Shown: positions 1 through 11,690, counted from the stretch's first letter. The stretch: DNA of 60,623 bases from Pseudomonadota bacterium (GCA_048498415.1 JBEHYA010000001.1:1-60623), one strand, 5' to 3'. Notes: generated from the letters alone by a model not told the origin. Translations and numbers: made by a program.

Positions 1-1
1 G

Positions 2-67
2 AATGGTTTGAATCCCGCCATGGCCATCGCTGAAATCAAACAACTCATGGCGGCGCGCGCCGCCTAA
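2..67 (+). CDS. 3' end (21 codons) of an upstream gene cut by the window edge; product not determinable
   Basis: Frame is open from base 2 and reads ...NGLNPAMAIAEIKQLMAARAA, then TAA at 65-67. Too short to assign; glutathione synthetase would only be a synteny guess. Confidence 0.3.
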   Translation, partial: NGLNPAMAIAEIKQLMAARAA

Positions 68-78
68 AAAGGCCTGTC

Positions 79-1605
79 ATGGTCGCCCGTGTCCGTACGG
101 TTGCATTTGAAGGCGTCGATGTTCTGGATATCGACGTGCAGGTGCAGATTTCTGCCGGGCTGGTTGCCTTTACCCTTGTGGGTCTTCCCGATAAAGCCGT
201 AACCGAAAGCCGTGAGCGCGTGCGCGCCGCGCTCCATGCCATCGGCCTCACATTCCCGCCCAAACGCATCACCGTGAATTTATCGCCGGCGGATGTGCTG
301 AAAGAAGGCAGTCATTTTGACCTGCCGATTGCGCTTGCGCTGCTGGTTGCCATGAACGTGGTGCCGCAGGATGCGGTTGCGGATTATATCGCGCTTGGCG
401 AGTTGGCGCTGGATGGCACGTTAACGCCGGTCGCCGGCGTGCTTCCCGCATCCATCGCCGCGCATGGGCAGGGTTTGGGCTTGATCTGCCCCGCTAAAAA
501 CGGCGGCGAGGCGGTGTGGGCGGGTGAAAGCGCGAATGTGCTGGCGCCAACATCGCTTTTAGCGCTCATCAACCATTTCAAGGGCACGCAGGTGCTGGGC
601 GCGCCCGAACGCAAGATGGAAGACCTCAACGCCGCCATGCCGGATCTCGCCGATGTGAAAGGCCAGGAATCCGCACGCCGTGCGCTGGAAGTTGTCGCGG
701 CGGGCGGCCATAACTTACTCATGATCGGCCCGCCGGGCGCGGGTAAAAGCATGCTGGCCTCGCGGCTTGCCAGCTTATTGCCGCCGCTTAGCCCCCGCGA
801 AGCTTTGGAAGTTTCCATGATCCATTCGGTCGCGGGGCATTTACCGGAAGGCACACTTATGCGCCGCCGCCCGTTCCGCGATCCGCATCACTCCGCCAGC
901 TTACCCGCGCTTGTCGGCGGCGGAATGAAGGCGAAACCCGGTGAAGTTTCGCTCGCGCATCACGGCGTGTTGTTTCTCGATGAACTGCCAGAATTTGCCC
1001 GCGCCACACTGGAAGCCCTGCGCCAGCCGATTGAAACCGGCCGCGCGGTGGTTGCGCGTGCGAACCATCATGTGAGCTACCCCGCGCGCTTCCAGCTGAT
1101 TGCCGCCATGAACCCGTGTCGCTGCGGGTACCTGGGCGATCCTGCGCAGGCCTGCAACAAGGCGCCGAATTGCGGGCAGGATTACCAGATGAAACTCTCC
1201 GGCCCGCTGCTCGATCGCATCGATATGCACATCGATGTGCCCGCCGTCAGCGTGCGCGATTTAGCGCTGGGTAATAATGGCGAGAACAGCGCCAGTGTTG
1301 CCGCACGCGTGGCCCAGGCGCGTGCGTATGCCGCAGAACGTTACAGCAAAATGCCAACCAACGGCCTGCCCACACCGCATCACAATGCGGAAGCGGATGG
1401 CGAACTCCTGCAGAAAGTCGCGGCGCCCGATGCTACGGGGCAAACGCTTTTATCGGAAGCCGCTGAACGTTTGCGCCTGTCGGCACGCGGCTATGCCCGC
1501 GTGCTGCGTGTGGCCCGCACGCTGGCCGACCTTGAAGGGCTGGATGCCGTCAAGCGCACCCATGTGGCCGAAGCCCTCAGTTATCGCCGGATTGCAGTGA
1601 AATAA
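79..1605 (+). CDS. comM: YifB/ComM family Mg-chelatase-like AAA+ ATPase
   Basis: 508-aa ORF with an N-terminal Lon-like region, Walker A GPPGAGKSM, DELPEF Walker B and a C-terminal ...SARGYARVLRVARTLADLEG... motif typical of the family. Confidence 0.92.
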   Translation: MVARVRTVAFEGVDVLDIDVQVQISAGLVAFTLVGLPDKAVTESRERVRAALHAIGLTFPPKRITVNLSPADVLKEGSHFDLPIALALLVAMNVVPQDAVADYIALGELALDGTLTPVAGVLPASIAAHGQGLGLICPAKNGGEAVWAGESANVLAPTSLLALINHFKGTQVLGAPERKMEDLNAAMPDLADVKGQESARRALEVVAAGGHNLLMIGPPGAGKSMLASRLASLLPPLSPREALEVSMIHSVAGHLPEGTLMRRRPFRDPHHSASLPALVGGGMKAKPGEVSLAHHGVLFLDELPEFARATLEALRQPIETGRAVVARANHHVSYPARFQLIAAMNPCRCGYLGDPAQACNKAPNCGQDYQMKLSGPLLDRIDMHIDVPAVSVRDLALGNNGENSASVAARVAQARAYAAERYSKMPTNGLPTPHHNAEADGELLQKVAAPDATGQTLLSEAAERLRLSARGYARVLRVARTLADLEGLDAVKRTHVAEALSYRRIAVK

Positions 1606-1654
1606 GGCCTTTTCCAGCCTTGGGTTTTGGTCAGCCTGCCGATATATTAGCCCC

Positions 1655-2383
1655 ATGATCCGCCTCGGCATTAACATCGACCACACGGCAACGCTGCGCA
1701 ATGCGCGGGGCGGCCTGCATCCCAGCCCGTTACGCGCAGCCCAAGCCGCGGTGCGCGGCGGCGCGGATTTGATCACCGCGCATTTGCGCGAAGACCGCCG
1801 CCATATCACCGATGATGATATGGAGCGCTTAAAGAACGAAATCGCCGTGCCGCTCAATATGGAAATGGCCGTCACCGAAGAAATGGAACGCATTGCCTTG
1901 CGCATCCGCCCGCATGATGTGTGCCTGGTGCCCGAAAAGCGCAAGGAACTGACCACCGAAGGCGGGTTGGATGTGGCGGGCAATGTAAAGAACATTACGT
2001 CCACCGTTAAAAAACTGCGCAACGCCAATATTAATGTGTCGCTGTTTATCGATCCCGATGAAAAGCAGCTGCTGGCGGCCGAGAAAACCGGCGCCTCGGC
2101 GATTGAAATTCACACCGGCGCCTATGCCAGCGCCGCGATTGGCGCGCGGGATGCTGAACTCAAGCGCATTTTTGCTGCTGCCGCTTTGGCGCCGCAGCTG
2201 GGTTTGGCCATCCATGCCGGTCATGGTTTAAATTACGAAAACGTGGAGGCGGTCGCCGCTATTCCCGCCATTGAAGAACTCAATATCGGCCATTTTCTGA
2301 TTGGCGAGGCGCTGTTTTTGGGTCTGGAAGAAGCCGTGCGCGAGATGAAGCGCGTGATGAGCCACGCCCGGGGCGAAGCATGA
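1655..2383 (+). CDS. pdxJ: pyridoxine 5'-phosphate synthase
   Basis: Carries the PdxJ motifs [28 protein letters not shown] and HAGHGLNY. Its end overlaps acpS by 4 nt (ATGA). Confidence 0.95.
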   Translation: MIRLGINIDHTATLRNARGGLHPSPLRAAQAAVRGGADLITAHLREDRRHITDDDMERLKNEIAVPLNMEMAVTEEMERIALRIRPHDVCLVPEKRKELTTEGGLDVAGNVKNITSTVKKLRNANINVSLFIDPDEKQLLAAEKTGASAIEIHTGAYASAAIGARDAELKRIFAAAALAPQLGLAIHAGHGLNYENVEAVAAIPAIEELNIGHFLIGEALFLGLEEAVREMKRVMSHARGEA

Positions 2384-2778
2384 TACTTGGCATCGGCAAC
2401 GACCTTACCGACATTCGCCGTGTGGAAGAGACCTATAAAAAGTACGGCACGCGGTTTTTAAACCGCCTGTTCACGCCCGTCGAACAGGCAAAAGCTTTGC
2501 GTCGTTCCTCCGCTGCGCCCACGCTCGCCAAACGCTTTGCCGCCAAGGAAGCCTGCGCGAAAGCGCTTGGCACCGGCATGAGCCACGGCGTGTTCTGGCG
2601 CGATATGGGCGTGGTGAATTTGCCTACCGGCCAGCCCACCATCCAGCTTACCAACGGCGCCGCCAAGCGGCTGGAAGCGATCACGCCCAAGGGCATGACC
2701 GCGCAAATTCATCTCACCATCACCGATGAATACCCGCTGGCGCAAGCCTTCGTGATGATTACCGCTGAACCCCGATGA
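2380..2778 (+). CDS. acpS: holo-[acyl-carrier-protein] synthase
   Basis: 132 aa with [15 protein letters not shown] and [14 protein letters not shown] motifs. Sits in the conserved position after pdxJ. Confidence 0.93.
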   Translation: MILGIGNDLTDIRRVEETYKKYGTRFLNRLFTPVEQAKALRRSSAAPTLAKRFAAKEACAKALGTGMSHGVFWRDMGVVNLPTGQPTIQLTNGAAKRLEAITPKGMTAQIHLTITDEYPLAQAFVMITAEPR

Positions 2779-2785
2779 GTAGACA

Positions 2786-3586
2786 ATGAATACCCAAAAG
2801 CCGCATACCGATGATGATATCTGGTCGTTTATCCGCACGTTAATCACGGCGGGCATCATCGCCATTGTCTTTCGCGCCTTTTTGTTCGAGCCGTTCAGCA
2901 TTCCGTCGGGCTCGATGGTGCCCACGTTGTTGGTGGGCGATTATCTGTTCGTTGCCAAATATTCCTATGGCTATAGCGGTCTTTCCACCGGCCTCGGCTT
3001 TTTGCAGAAAATGGGCATCGCGCTTCCGAAGGGCCGCTTCGCCGAACTGCATGCGCCGCAGCGCGGCGACGTGGTGGTCTTCAAACTGCCGCGCGATACC
3101 GGCACGGATTATGTGAAACGCCTGATTGGTCTGCCGGGTGATAAAATTCAGGTGCGCAGCGGCCATCTCTATATTAACGACAAAGAAGTGCCGCGTGAAA
3201 AAGACGGTGTCATGCTTATCAGCGGCCGCGATCTCGAGGCCGACCACCCCAAATTCAACTCGCCCTACAGCGATGAAGGCACCTTATATAAAGAGACGCT
3301 GCCCGAAGGCCGCGTGCATCCTATTCTGGAAATGACGGATGAAGGCCTGCTGGATAACACGGGCGTCTACACGGTGCCGGAAAACAGCTATTTCATGATG
3401 GGCGATAACCGCGATAATTCCTCCGATAGCCGCGTGATGCGCAGCGTCGGCTTCGTGCCGCGTGAAAATTTGGTGGGCCGCGCGGAATTTATTTTCTTCT
3501 CCCTCCACAGCGGCACGCCGTTCTGGAAATTCTGGGAATGGCCCATGGCGCTGCAATGGAACCGGATGTTTAAAAAGATCTCATGA
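2786..3586 (+). CDS. lepB: signal peptidase I
   Basis: N-terminal TM helix, SGSMVPTL (catalytic Ser box), YVKRLIGLPGD (Lys box) and GDNRDNSSDSR box. Confidence 0.95.
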   Translation: MNTQKPHTDDDIWSFIRTLITAGIIAIVFRAFLFEPFSIPSGSMVPTLLVGDYLFVAKYSYGYSGLSTGLGFLQKMGIALPKGRFAELHAPQRGDVVVFKLPRDTGTDYVKRLIGLPGDKIQVRSGHLYINDKEVPREKDGVMLISGRDLEADHPKFNSPYSDEGTLYKETLPEGRVHPILEMTDEGLLDNTGVYTVPENSYFMMGDNRDNSSDSRVMRSVGFVPRENLVGRAEFIFFSLHSGTPFWKFWEWPMALQWNRMFKKIS

Positions 3587-4266
3587 GCGCGGAAGATTTA
3601 CAGAAAAACATTGGCTATGAATTCCGCAACGCGGATAAACTGCGCGATGCTTTAACGCATCCCAGCCGCCAGATGGGCGCCAAGCGCGCCTCGGAATACG
3701 AGCGGCTGGAGTTTCTCGGCGACCGCGTGCTCTCGCTGGTGATCGCCGAATGGCTGTTTGAAGCGTTTCCCACCGAAAGCGAAGGCCATCTCGCCAAGCG
3801 CCATGCCGCGCTGGTCAACCGCGATATTCTAGCAAGCATTGCCGAGACCATTCAGCTGGAACAGGCGCTCATGCTGGTGAATGCGGAAGATTTACGCCGC
3901 GGCCGCATCAATGTGCTCTCGGATGCGTTAGAGGCCCTGATCGGCGCCATGTATGGCGATGCAGGGTCGCTGGAGCCTGCCCGTGCCTTCATCCGTTCGC
4001 GCTGGCTCAGTTACGTGAACGATGCCACCGAAGTGCCGCAGGATGCAAAAAGCAGCCTGCAGGAATGGGCGCAGGCGCGGGGGCTACCCTTGCCGCTCTA
4101 TGAACAGGTGGCAGCCAGCGGCCCGGCGCACGCGCCGCGCTATACCATCCGCGTTTCCGTGAACGGCTTTGCGCCGGAGGAAGCGGAAGGCGCCTCCAAG
4201 CGCGATGGCGAGAAGAAAGCTGCCGCTTTAATGCTCGAAAAAGTAAAGTTGCATGAGCAGCGCTGA
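3583..4266 (+). CDS. rnc: ribonuclease III
   Basis: RNase III signature ERLEFLGDRVL and a C-terminal dsRNA-binding domain. Overlaps lepB by 4 nt. Confidence 0.95.
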   Translation: MSAEDLQKNIGYEFRNADKLRDALTHPSRQMGAKRASEYERLEFLGDRVLSLVIAEWLFEAFPTESEGHLAKRHAALVNRDILASIAETIQLEQALMLVNAEDLRRGRINVLSDALEALIGAMYGDAGSLEPARAFIRSRWLSYVNDATEVPQDAKSSLQEWAQARGLPLPLYEQVAASGPAHAPRYTIRVSVNGFAPEEAEGASKRDGEKKAAALMLEKVKLHEQR

Positions 4267-5167
4267 GACCGGTCAAACACGCTGCGGCTTCGTGGCGCTA
4301 TTGGGTGCGCCGAATGCCGGCAAATCCACGCTCCTCAATCAGCTCGCGGGCCAGAAGCTGGCGATTGTAAGCCCCAAGCCGCAGACCACGCGCACGCGCC
4401 TTCGCGCCATTGTGATGGAAGGCGCCGCGCAACTAATTTTTACCGATACCCCCGGCATTTTTGCCGCCAAAAAACGAATGGAACGCGCCATGGTCGGCGC
4501 CGCCTGGGGCGGGCTCAATGACTGCGATGCCGCGCTTTTAATCGTGGATGCCGGCAAGCACCAGCCGGATGAGGATACCGCTGTTATTATCGAACGCATC
4601 AAGCATGCCGCCAAGCCGGTGTGGCTGGTATTGAACAAGGTCGACACGGTAAACAAAAACGCGCTGCTGCTGGTGGCCGATGCGCTGCAAAAAGCGCATG
4701 CGTTTGAAAAAGTTTTCATGATCTCCGCCAAAAAAGGCCACGGGGTGGATGATTTGCGCCGCGCATTGGCCGCTATCATGCCGCCCGGCCCGTATCACTA
4801 TGACCCGGAACAGGTGACGGATGCGCCGCAACGCTCCCTTGCCGCCGAGATCACGCGTGAGCAGCTTTATCTACAGCTGGGGCAAGAACTCCCTTACGCC
4901 ACCTTTGTAGAAACCGAAAAATGGGAACAGTTCGATAATGGCGAAGCGAAAGTCAGTCAGATTATCTACGTGCAGCGCGACGGCCAGAAAGGCATTGTGA
5001 TTGGCGCCAAGGGTGCCAAACTCAAAGCGATTGGTGAGGCCGCGCGGGCGGAAATGTTTGAAGCCTTCGGCTTCAAGGTGCATTTATTCCTGCACGTTAA
5101 AGTGAAGGAAAACTGGGCTGAGACGCGCAGTTTTTACAGCGATCAGGGTCTGGATTTCGACAGCTAA
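4253..5167 (+). CDS. era: GTPase Era
   Basis: G motifs GAPNAGKST, DTPG and NKVD, plus a C-terminal KH domain. Conserved rnc-era order. Confidence 0.95.
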   Translation: MSSAETGQTRCGFVALLGAPNAGKSTLLNQLAGQKLAIVSPKPQTTRTRLRAIVMEGAAQLIFTDTPGIFAAKKRMERAMVGAAWGGLNDCDAALLIVDAGKHQPDEDTAVIIERIKHAAKPVWLVLNKVDTVNKNALLLVADALQKAHAFEKVFMISAKKGHGVDDLRRALAAIMPPGPYHYDPEQVTDAPQRSLAAEITREQLYLQLGQELPYATFVETEKWEQFDNGEAKVSQIIYVQRDGQKGIVIGAKGAKLKAIGEAARAEMFEAFGFKVHLFLHVKVKENWAETRSFYSDQGLDFDS

Positions 5168-5174
5168 AAGTAAT

Positions 5175-5210
5175 CCCCGTTGAAAAACGGGCCCCGGCTT
5201 TCGCCGGGGC
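5175..5210. repeat. REP-like double hairpin (family 1), probably the bidirectional terminator between era and dps
   Basis: Two hairpins: cccgt-tgaaaa-acggg directly followed by gccccggc-tttc-gccggggc. The same two hairpins recur in reverse complement at 25849-25920. Confidence 0.7.
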
Positions 5211-5219
5211 ATGCCATTG

Positions 5220-5678
5220 TTATTTAATATGCGCGCGGATCATCCAGGCGGTTTTCTGGAAATCGCGGAGCAAACCCGTGAGGGCATCCGCGCTAGCCGG
5301 ATCATCGGCTTCTTCCGCGATCTCAATGCCCTTTTCCATGTCTTCGCCTAAAATATCATAGTCGTCCAAAAGCTGTTTTAACATCGCATCGGCAGAAGGC
5401 GGCTTGGTGCTTTCCTTGATGTTTGCGTGGCGGGTGAATTCGGCAAACGAACCCGGCGCCGTGCTATCAAGCGCGCGGATGCGTTCCGCCACCACATCGG
5501 CGGCCTGGAACAGGGCGTTGTATTGCGTCTCCAGCATGGTGTGGAGGGCGATGAAATTCGGGCTTTCGATATTCCAGTGAAAGCCATGCGTTTTCACGGT
5601 CATCAGATAGATGTCGGAAAGCACGGTCTCAAGCGCCGGAATGACGGAATTGCTTTTACGGGATGGTTTGCTGGTCAT
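5220..5678 (-). CDS. dps: Dps family DNA-protection/ferritin-like protein
   Basis: 152 aa with the Dps ferroxidase-region motif HWNIESPNFIALHTMLE...D..AERI. Confidence 0.9.
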   Translation of the reverse strand: MTSKPSRKSNSVIPALETVLSDIYLMTVKTHGFHWNIESPNFIALHTMLETQYNALFQAADVVAERIRALDSTAPGSFAEFTRHANIKESTKPPSADAMLKQLLDDYDILGEDMEKGIEIAEEADDPASADALTGLLRDFQKTAWMIRAHIK

Positions 5679-5746
5679 GCGTAACTGCCTTTAAATGAGT
5701 GATCGCAGAACTGATATAGGTCGCTGCCCGTAAAGAGTCGATAAGC

Positions 5747-6967
<1,221 letters not shown>

Positions 6968-7042
6968 TTAATATAAGTAATAACGCTAATTGAAAACGCC
7001 CAAGCTGACAAGCATCAGCGATTGTGCTTTTCTCTGACTTTC

Positions 7043-8575
7043 ATGACCCAGCTCGTCTCCAATCCCCTCTGGCCGCAACTCGCCCAAAAAGCCAAGACCA
7101 TGCCCAGCCTGGCGCAGCACTTCGCCGGCGCCCCGGCGCGGTTTGATGCGTTTCATGCGCAGGCTGAAAACCTGCTGCTGGATTTCTCCCGCCAGCGCCT
7201 CGATGTGGCGACCCTTGATGCCCTGCTAAAACTGCTGGAGAGCCAGCAATATAAAACCCGGCTCGCCGCTTTGTTCGCGGGCGAAGCTGTTAACCGCAGC
7301 GAAAACCACGCCGCGCTGCACATGGCGCTGCGTGCCGGTGCCAAAGCGAATTTCAAAGTAAAAGGCGAAAATGTCATGCCCGCCATTGTGGCGGAGCGGG
7401 AAAAAGCATTAGCGTTCGCCGAAGAGCTGCGCAGTAGCAAACAAATCACCGATATCATTCACGTGGGCATCGGCGGCTCCGACCTTGGCCCGCGCCTGCT
7501 GGTGGAAGCCTGCGGCGACGGCAAGGGCCCGCGCCTGCATTTTATTTCCAATATCGACGGCGCGGCGATGGATGCGCTTTTAAAAACCCTCGATCCCGCC
7601 CGCACGTTTGTGTTTCTCGCGTCCAAAAGCTTCACGACGTCGGAGACGATGCTGAATGCCGCCGCGCTTAAAGCGTGGCTGGGCGCGGGCTGGGCCAAAC
7701 AAACAGCGGCGCTCACCGCCAACCCCGCCGCCGCCCAGGCTTTTGGCATAAGTGATACCTATATATATAGCCTGTGGGACTGGGTCGGCGGGCGGTATTC
7801 CATCTGGTCGGTGATCGGCCTGCCGGCTATGTGCGCGATGGGCCGTAAGGCGTTTGAAGAATTTTTGGCGGGCGGCGCGGCGATGGATGCGCATGTGCAA
7901 AGCGCGCCCTTGCATAAAAACCTTGCCGCCCTCATGGCGGCGTTCAGCATCTGGAACATCAACGCGAATAATTATACCGCGCGCGCCGTGCTGCCTTATG
8001 CAGAAGGCTTGAGTTATTTCCCCGCTTATTTGCAGCAGCTGGAAATGGAAAGCCTCGGTAAACACACCGACCAGACCGGCGCGGAAATTTCCTATGCCAC
8101 GGCGCCCGTGGTGTTTGGTGCGACCGGCACGCCCGCACAGCATGCCTTTATGCAGGCGCTGCATCAGGGCAACCAGATTGTGCCCGCCGATATTATCTGC
8201 GTGCGAAAAGCCGCGCACGCGCATACCGACCAGCACGCCGCGCTGCTGGCGAACGCGCTCGCGCAAGCCAACGCGCTGGCCTTTGGCCGCAAGGATTCCA
8301 GCCAGCCTTCCTACCGCCGCTTCGAAGGCAACCGACCTTCCAGTTTGTTGGTGATGGATGAACTAAGCCCCCGCGCGCTCGGTCAGCTCATTGCGCTATA
8401 CGAACACAAGGTTTTCGCCGAAAGCGTTTTCTGGGACATCAACCCCTTCGACCAATGGGGCGTGGAGCTGGGTAAAACCTTGGCGGGGCCATTGGCGCAA
8501 GCATTAGCCGGCAAACAAGGCGCCGGCATTGATCCAACGCTTCAAGGCCTTATCGCGCATTTAAGAAAATCTTAA
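7043..8575 (+). CDS. pgi: glucose-6-phosphate isomerase
   Basis: PGI signatures IGIGGSDLGP, GGRYSIWS and FDQWGVELGK. The track ORF begins at TTG 7022; the first ATG is at 7043. Confidence 0.93.
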   Translation: MTQLVSNPLWPQLAQKAKTMPSLAQHFAGAPARFDAFHAQAENLLLDFSRQRLDVATLDALLKLLESQQYKTRLAALFAGEAVNRSENHAALHMALRAGAKANFKVKGENVMPAIVAEREKALAFAEELRSSKQITDIIHVGIGGSDLGPRLLVEACGDGKGPRLHFISNIDGAAMDALLKTLDPARTFVFLASKSFTTSETMLNAAALKAWLGAGWAKQTAALTANPAAAQAFGISDTYIYSLWDWVGGRYSIWSVIGLPAMCAMGRKAFEEFLAGGAAMDAHVQSAPLHKNLAALMAAFSIWNINANNYTARAVLPYAEGLSYFPAYLQQLEMESLGKHTDQTGAEISYATAPVVFGATGTPAQHAFMQALHQGNQIVPADIICVRKAAHAHTDQHAALLANALAQANALAFGRKDSSQPSYRRFEGNRPSSLLVMDELSPRALGQLIALYEHKVFAESVFWDINPFDQWGVELGKTLAGPLAQALAGKQGAGIDPTLQGLIAHLRKS

Positions 8576-8603
8576 ACGCCGTTTGCCCAGAATTGGGGCG
8601 AAG

Positions 8604-9812
8604 ATGGCTATTCATATCGATCAGAAAAATCTCAGCCGCACGAGCCAGGAAGAGCTCGACCGCGCCATTCAAAAGCACACCATGTTCCGTCAGGCCCGGG
8701 TGGGCGGCGGCCGCGCCATCTTCAATTACTGCGATCTTAGCGGGCTTAGTTTCCGCCGTGCTGATCTCTCGGGCGCCGATTTCACGGGGTGCGCGCTGAT
8801 CGATTGCGATTTGCGGCACACCAACATGGATGGCTGCATGTTTTTCGTGGCCTCGCTCATGCGGGCCGATTGCACCGGTGGCACGTTCCTGCGCACTGAT
8901 TTCCGTGGCGCGGATTTATCGGGCGCCAATTTCACCGATGCGGATTTAACCGCCGCCGATATGCGCGAAGGCATGATGGCCACCAAAGACAGGCGCGGCA
9001 ATATCAGCATGGTCAAAAGCGAAGCCAGCAACGATGGCGGTATCATCACCGAATATGTGGATGCCAGCGAAGCCTTGTTTACCAACGCCCGTATGACCAA
9101 GGCAATGATGCGCGGCGCCAATTTATCCGGCGCGATTTTAGAGCGCACGGATTTATCGCTTGCCAATATGCAGAATGTAAGCCTGCGGAACGCCGTGCTG
9201 CTCGATACCAATTTAAACGGCGTGGAACTGGCGGAAGTCGATATGCACGGGGCGCTCCGCGATGAAGTGCAGGGCCTCGAACTGGACGATGCGCCGTTTC
9301 CCTTCGATATGTGGCTCAAGCAGCACCAGAAATGGATCGTGAGCCAGGGCGCGGAAGGCCAGCGCATGAATTTAACGCGCTATGATTTGCGTGCCCATGG
9401 CGGCGCGATCGTGGATTTCTCCGATACCATCCTCACCATGGCCAAAGCGCGTCAGGCCATTTTCTTTCATTTGCGTTTTGCGGGCGCCAGGTTGCAGGCG
9501 GTGGAATTCCGCGACTGCGATTTTCGTCTGGCCGATTTTGAACGCGCGGATATGCGCGGCGGCGACTTCACCGGATCCAACATGGCGCGCGGTAATTTCC
9601 GGCAGGCGCAGCTGGGCCCGCTGAAATTGCCGGAAGGCAAAATCATCCGTACCGATTTAAGCCGCTGCAATCTGCGCTATGCCCGTTTTGGCGGCGCGGA
9701 TTTACGCCAAGCCAGTTTTGCCGATGCCGACCTTACCGGCGCGGACTTGCGCGGCGCCGTCCTCGATATGGCGGATATGACCGGCGCGGTGACCGAAGGC
9801 GCGCTTTTCTAA
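8604..9812 (+). CDS. pentapeptide-repeat protein with three repeat blocks
   Basis: Long runs of A(D/N)LXX-type pentapeptides, for example ADLSGADFTGCALIDCDLRHTNMDG and GADLRQASFADADLTGADLRGAVLDMADMTGA. ATG at 8604 follows GGGG. Confidence 0.85.
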   Translation: MAIHIDQKNLSRTSQEELDRAIQKHTMFRQARVGGGRAIFNYCDLSGLSFRRADLSGADFTGCALIDCDLRHTNMDGCMFFVASLMRADCTGGTFLRTDFRGADLSGANFTDADLTAADMREGMMATKDRRGNISMVKSEASNDGGIITEYVDASEALFTNARMTKAMMRGANLSGAILERTDLSLANMQNVSLRNAVLLDTNLNGVELAEVDMHGALRDEVQGLELDDAPFPFDMWLKQHQKWIVSQGAEGQRMNLTRYDLRAHGGAIVDFSDTILTMAKARQAIFFHLRFAGARLQAVEFRDCDFRLADFERADMRGGDFTGSNMARGNFRQAQLGPLKLPEGKIIRTDLSRCNLRYARFGGADLRQASFADADLTGADLRGAVLDMADMTGAVTEGALF

Positions 9813-9887
9813 GCGTTTCACAGGCGTTTTGACCCGCGCCGCATTATGTTAAACTCGAAAGACATAACCGATTCTTGGTGCTTTCGA

Positions 9888-11687
9888 ATGATCCGCCTTT
9901 TACCCGCCCATCTCGTCAATCAAATCGCCGCCGGTGAAGTGGTGGAACGCCCCGCCGCGGCCGTCAAAGAGCTGGTTGAAAACGCCCTCGATGCCGGCGC
10001 GCGGCGTATTTCAATCGTCACGCGCGAAGGCGGTCTTGGCAGCATTATGGTGCAGGATGATGGGCAGGGCATGACCCGCGAAGAACTCAAGCTTGCCATC
10101 CAGCGCCATGCCACCTCGAAACTGCCAAGCGATGATCTGCTGCAAATCAATTCCTTCGGCTTTCGCGGCGAAGCGCTGCCTTCCATCGGCGCGGTGAGCC
10201 GCCTATCCATTATCAGCCGCGCCAAAGGCAGCAGCGAAGCATGGGAAATCCGCGGGGAAGGCGGGCAGGTTTCCGAACCCGTGCCCGCTTCACTCAATGC
10301 CGGCACACGCATTGAGGTGCGCGATTTGTTTTACGCCACGCCCGCGCGCCTGAAATTCCTCAAATCCACCAACGCGGAATACGACCATATTTTAGAAGCG
10401 GTGGAACGCATCGCCATGGCCTGGCCGCAGGTGGAATTTTCGCTTGTTGAAGAAGGCCGCCGCCCCTGGCGGGTGGAAGCGGTTCCGGGCCTGCTGCCCG
10501 AACAACGCCGCGCGCGTTTAGGCGCGGTTTTAGGCGCGGAATTCGCCGCCAATGCCGTGCCGGTTGAAGCGGTGCGAGAGGGCTCCAGGCTTACCGGCTG
10601 GATTGGGTTGCCCACGCTCAACAAAGCGCATGCGCGTGAACAGTATCTCTTCGTCAACAACCGGCCGGTGCGGGATCGTTTGCTGCTGGGTGCCATCAAA
10701 GGCGCTTATGGCGATCTGATCCCACATGGCCGTCATGCGGTCGTCGCATTGTTTTTAGATTTGCCGCAAGACACCGTGGATGTGAACGTGCACCCCGCCA
10801 AACTGGAAGTGCGCTTTCAGGATAATGCGCTGATCCGCGGCCTTATTGTTTCCACCATCCGCCATCATCTGCATGGCCACGCACAGGTCACATCGAATAC
10901 GCTCAGCGATGCCGCGCTGCAGTCGTTCCGTCAGCAAGTGGGTGGGAGCCCGGCTTACGTGCCGCAAAATTTTGCGCCCGCCTTCGCCTACAATGCACCT
11001 CAGCAAGCCATCACCGGCTTCAGTGACATTGCGCGCCCCGATGCACGCTCGGGCAACCTGCCGGCCAACGATAGTCTCCCCGCTTACAGCGCGCCGGAAC
11101 CCAGCGATTACCCGCTGGGCGCTGCGGTGGCGCAGATGCATGAAACCTATATCGTCGCGCAAACCCCCGATGGGCTGGTGCTGGTCGACCAACACGCCGC
11201 GCATGAACGGCTTGTGTATGAACGCATGAAAGCTGCGCTTGCAGAAGGCGGCGTCAAACGGCAGGGCCTGCTTATTCCCGAAGTGGTGGAACTTGGCGAA
11301 GCCGCAGCCAAACGTTTACTCGCCAAAGCCCCCGAGCTTGCTGAATGGGGCGTGGTGATTGAATCCTTTGGCTCGGGCGCCATTGCCGTGCATGAAATGC
11401 CGGCGCTTTTGGGCAAAGCCAACATTCAGGGTCTCATCCGCGATCTTGCCGAAGATGTGGCGGAGTGGGATATGCCATCGAGCCTGAAGGAAAAACTGGA
11501 ATATGTCTGTGCGACGCTGGCCTGCCACGGCTCGGTGCGCGCTGGAAGGGCGTTGAACCGCGATGAGATGAACGCGCTTCTCCGCCAGATGGAAGCCACG
11601 CCCCATTCCGGCCAGTGCAACCACGGGCGGCCCACTTATATCGAACTCAAGAAAAGCGATATCGAAAAACTTTTCCAGCGTCGCTGA
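9888..11687 (+). CDS. mutL: DNA mismatch repair endonuclease MutL
   Basis: GHKL ATPase N-terminus (LVNQIAAGEVVERPAAAVKELVENALDAG), endonuclease motif DQHAAHERLVYE and C-terminal CHGSVRAG. The canonical start MIRLLP is at 9888. Confidence 0.95.
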   Translation: MIRLLPAHLVNQIAAGEVVERPAAAVKELVENALDAGARRISIVTREGGLGSIMVQDDGQGMTREELKLAIQRHATSKLPSDDLLQINSFGFRGEALPSIGAVSRLSIISRAKGSSEAWEIRGEGGQVSEPVPASLNAGTRIEVRDLFYATPARLKFLKSTNAEYDHILEAVERIAMAWPQVEFSLVEEGRRPWRVEAVPGLLPEQRRARLGAVLGAEFAANAVPVEAVREGSRLTGWIGLPTLNKAHAREQYLFVNNRPVRDRLLLGAIKGAYGDLIPHGRHAVVALFLDLPQDTVDVNVHPAKLEVRFQDNALIRGLIVSTIRHHLHGHAQVTSNTLSDAALQSFRQQVGGSPAYVPQNFAPAFAYNAPQQAITGFSDIARPDARSGNLPANDSLPAYSAPEPSDYPLGAAVAQMHETYIVAQTPDGLVLVDQHAAHERLVYERMKAALAEGGVKRQGLLIPEVVELGEAAAKRLLAKAPELAEWGVVIESFGSGAIAVHEMPALLGKANIQGLIRDLAEDVAEWDMPSSLKEKLEYVCATLACHGSVRAGRALNRDEMNALLRQMEATPHSGQCNHGRPTYIELKKSDIEKLFQRR

Positions 11688-11690
11688 CAA

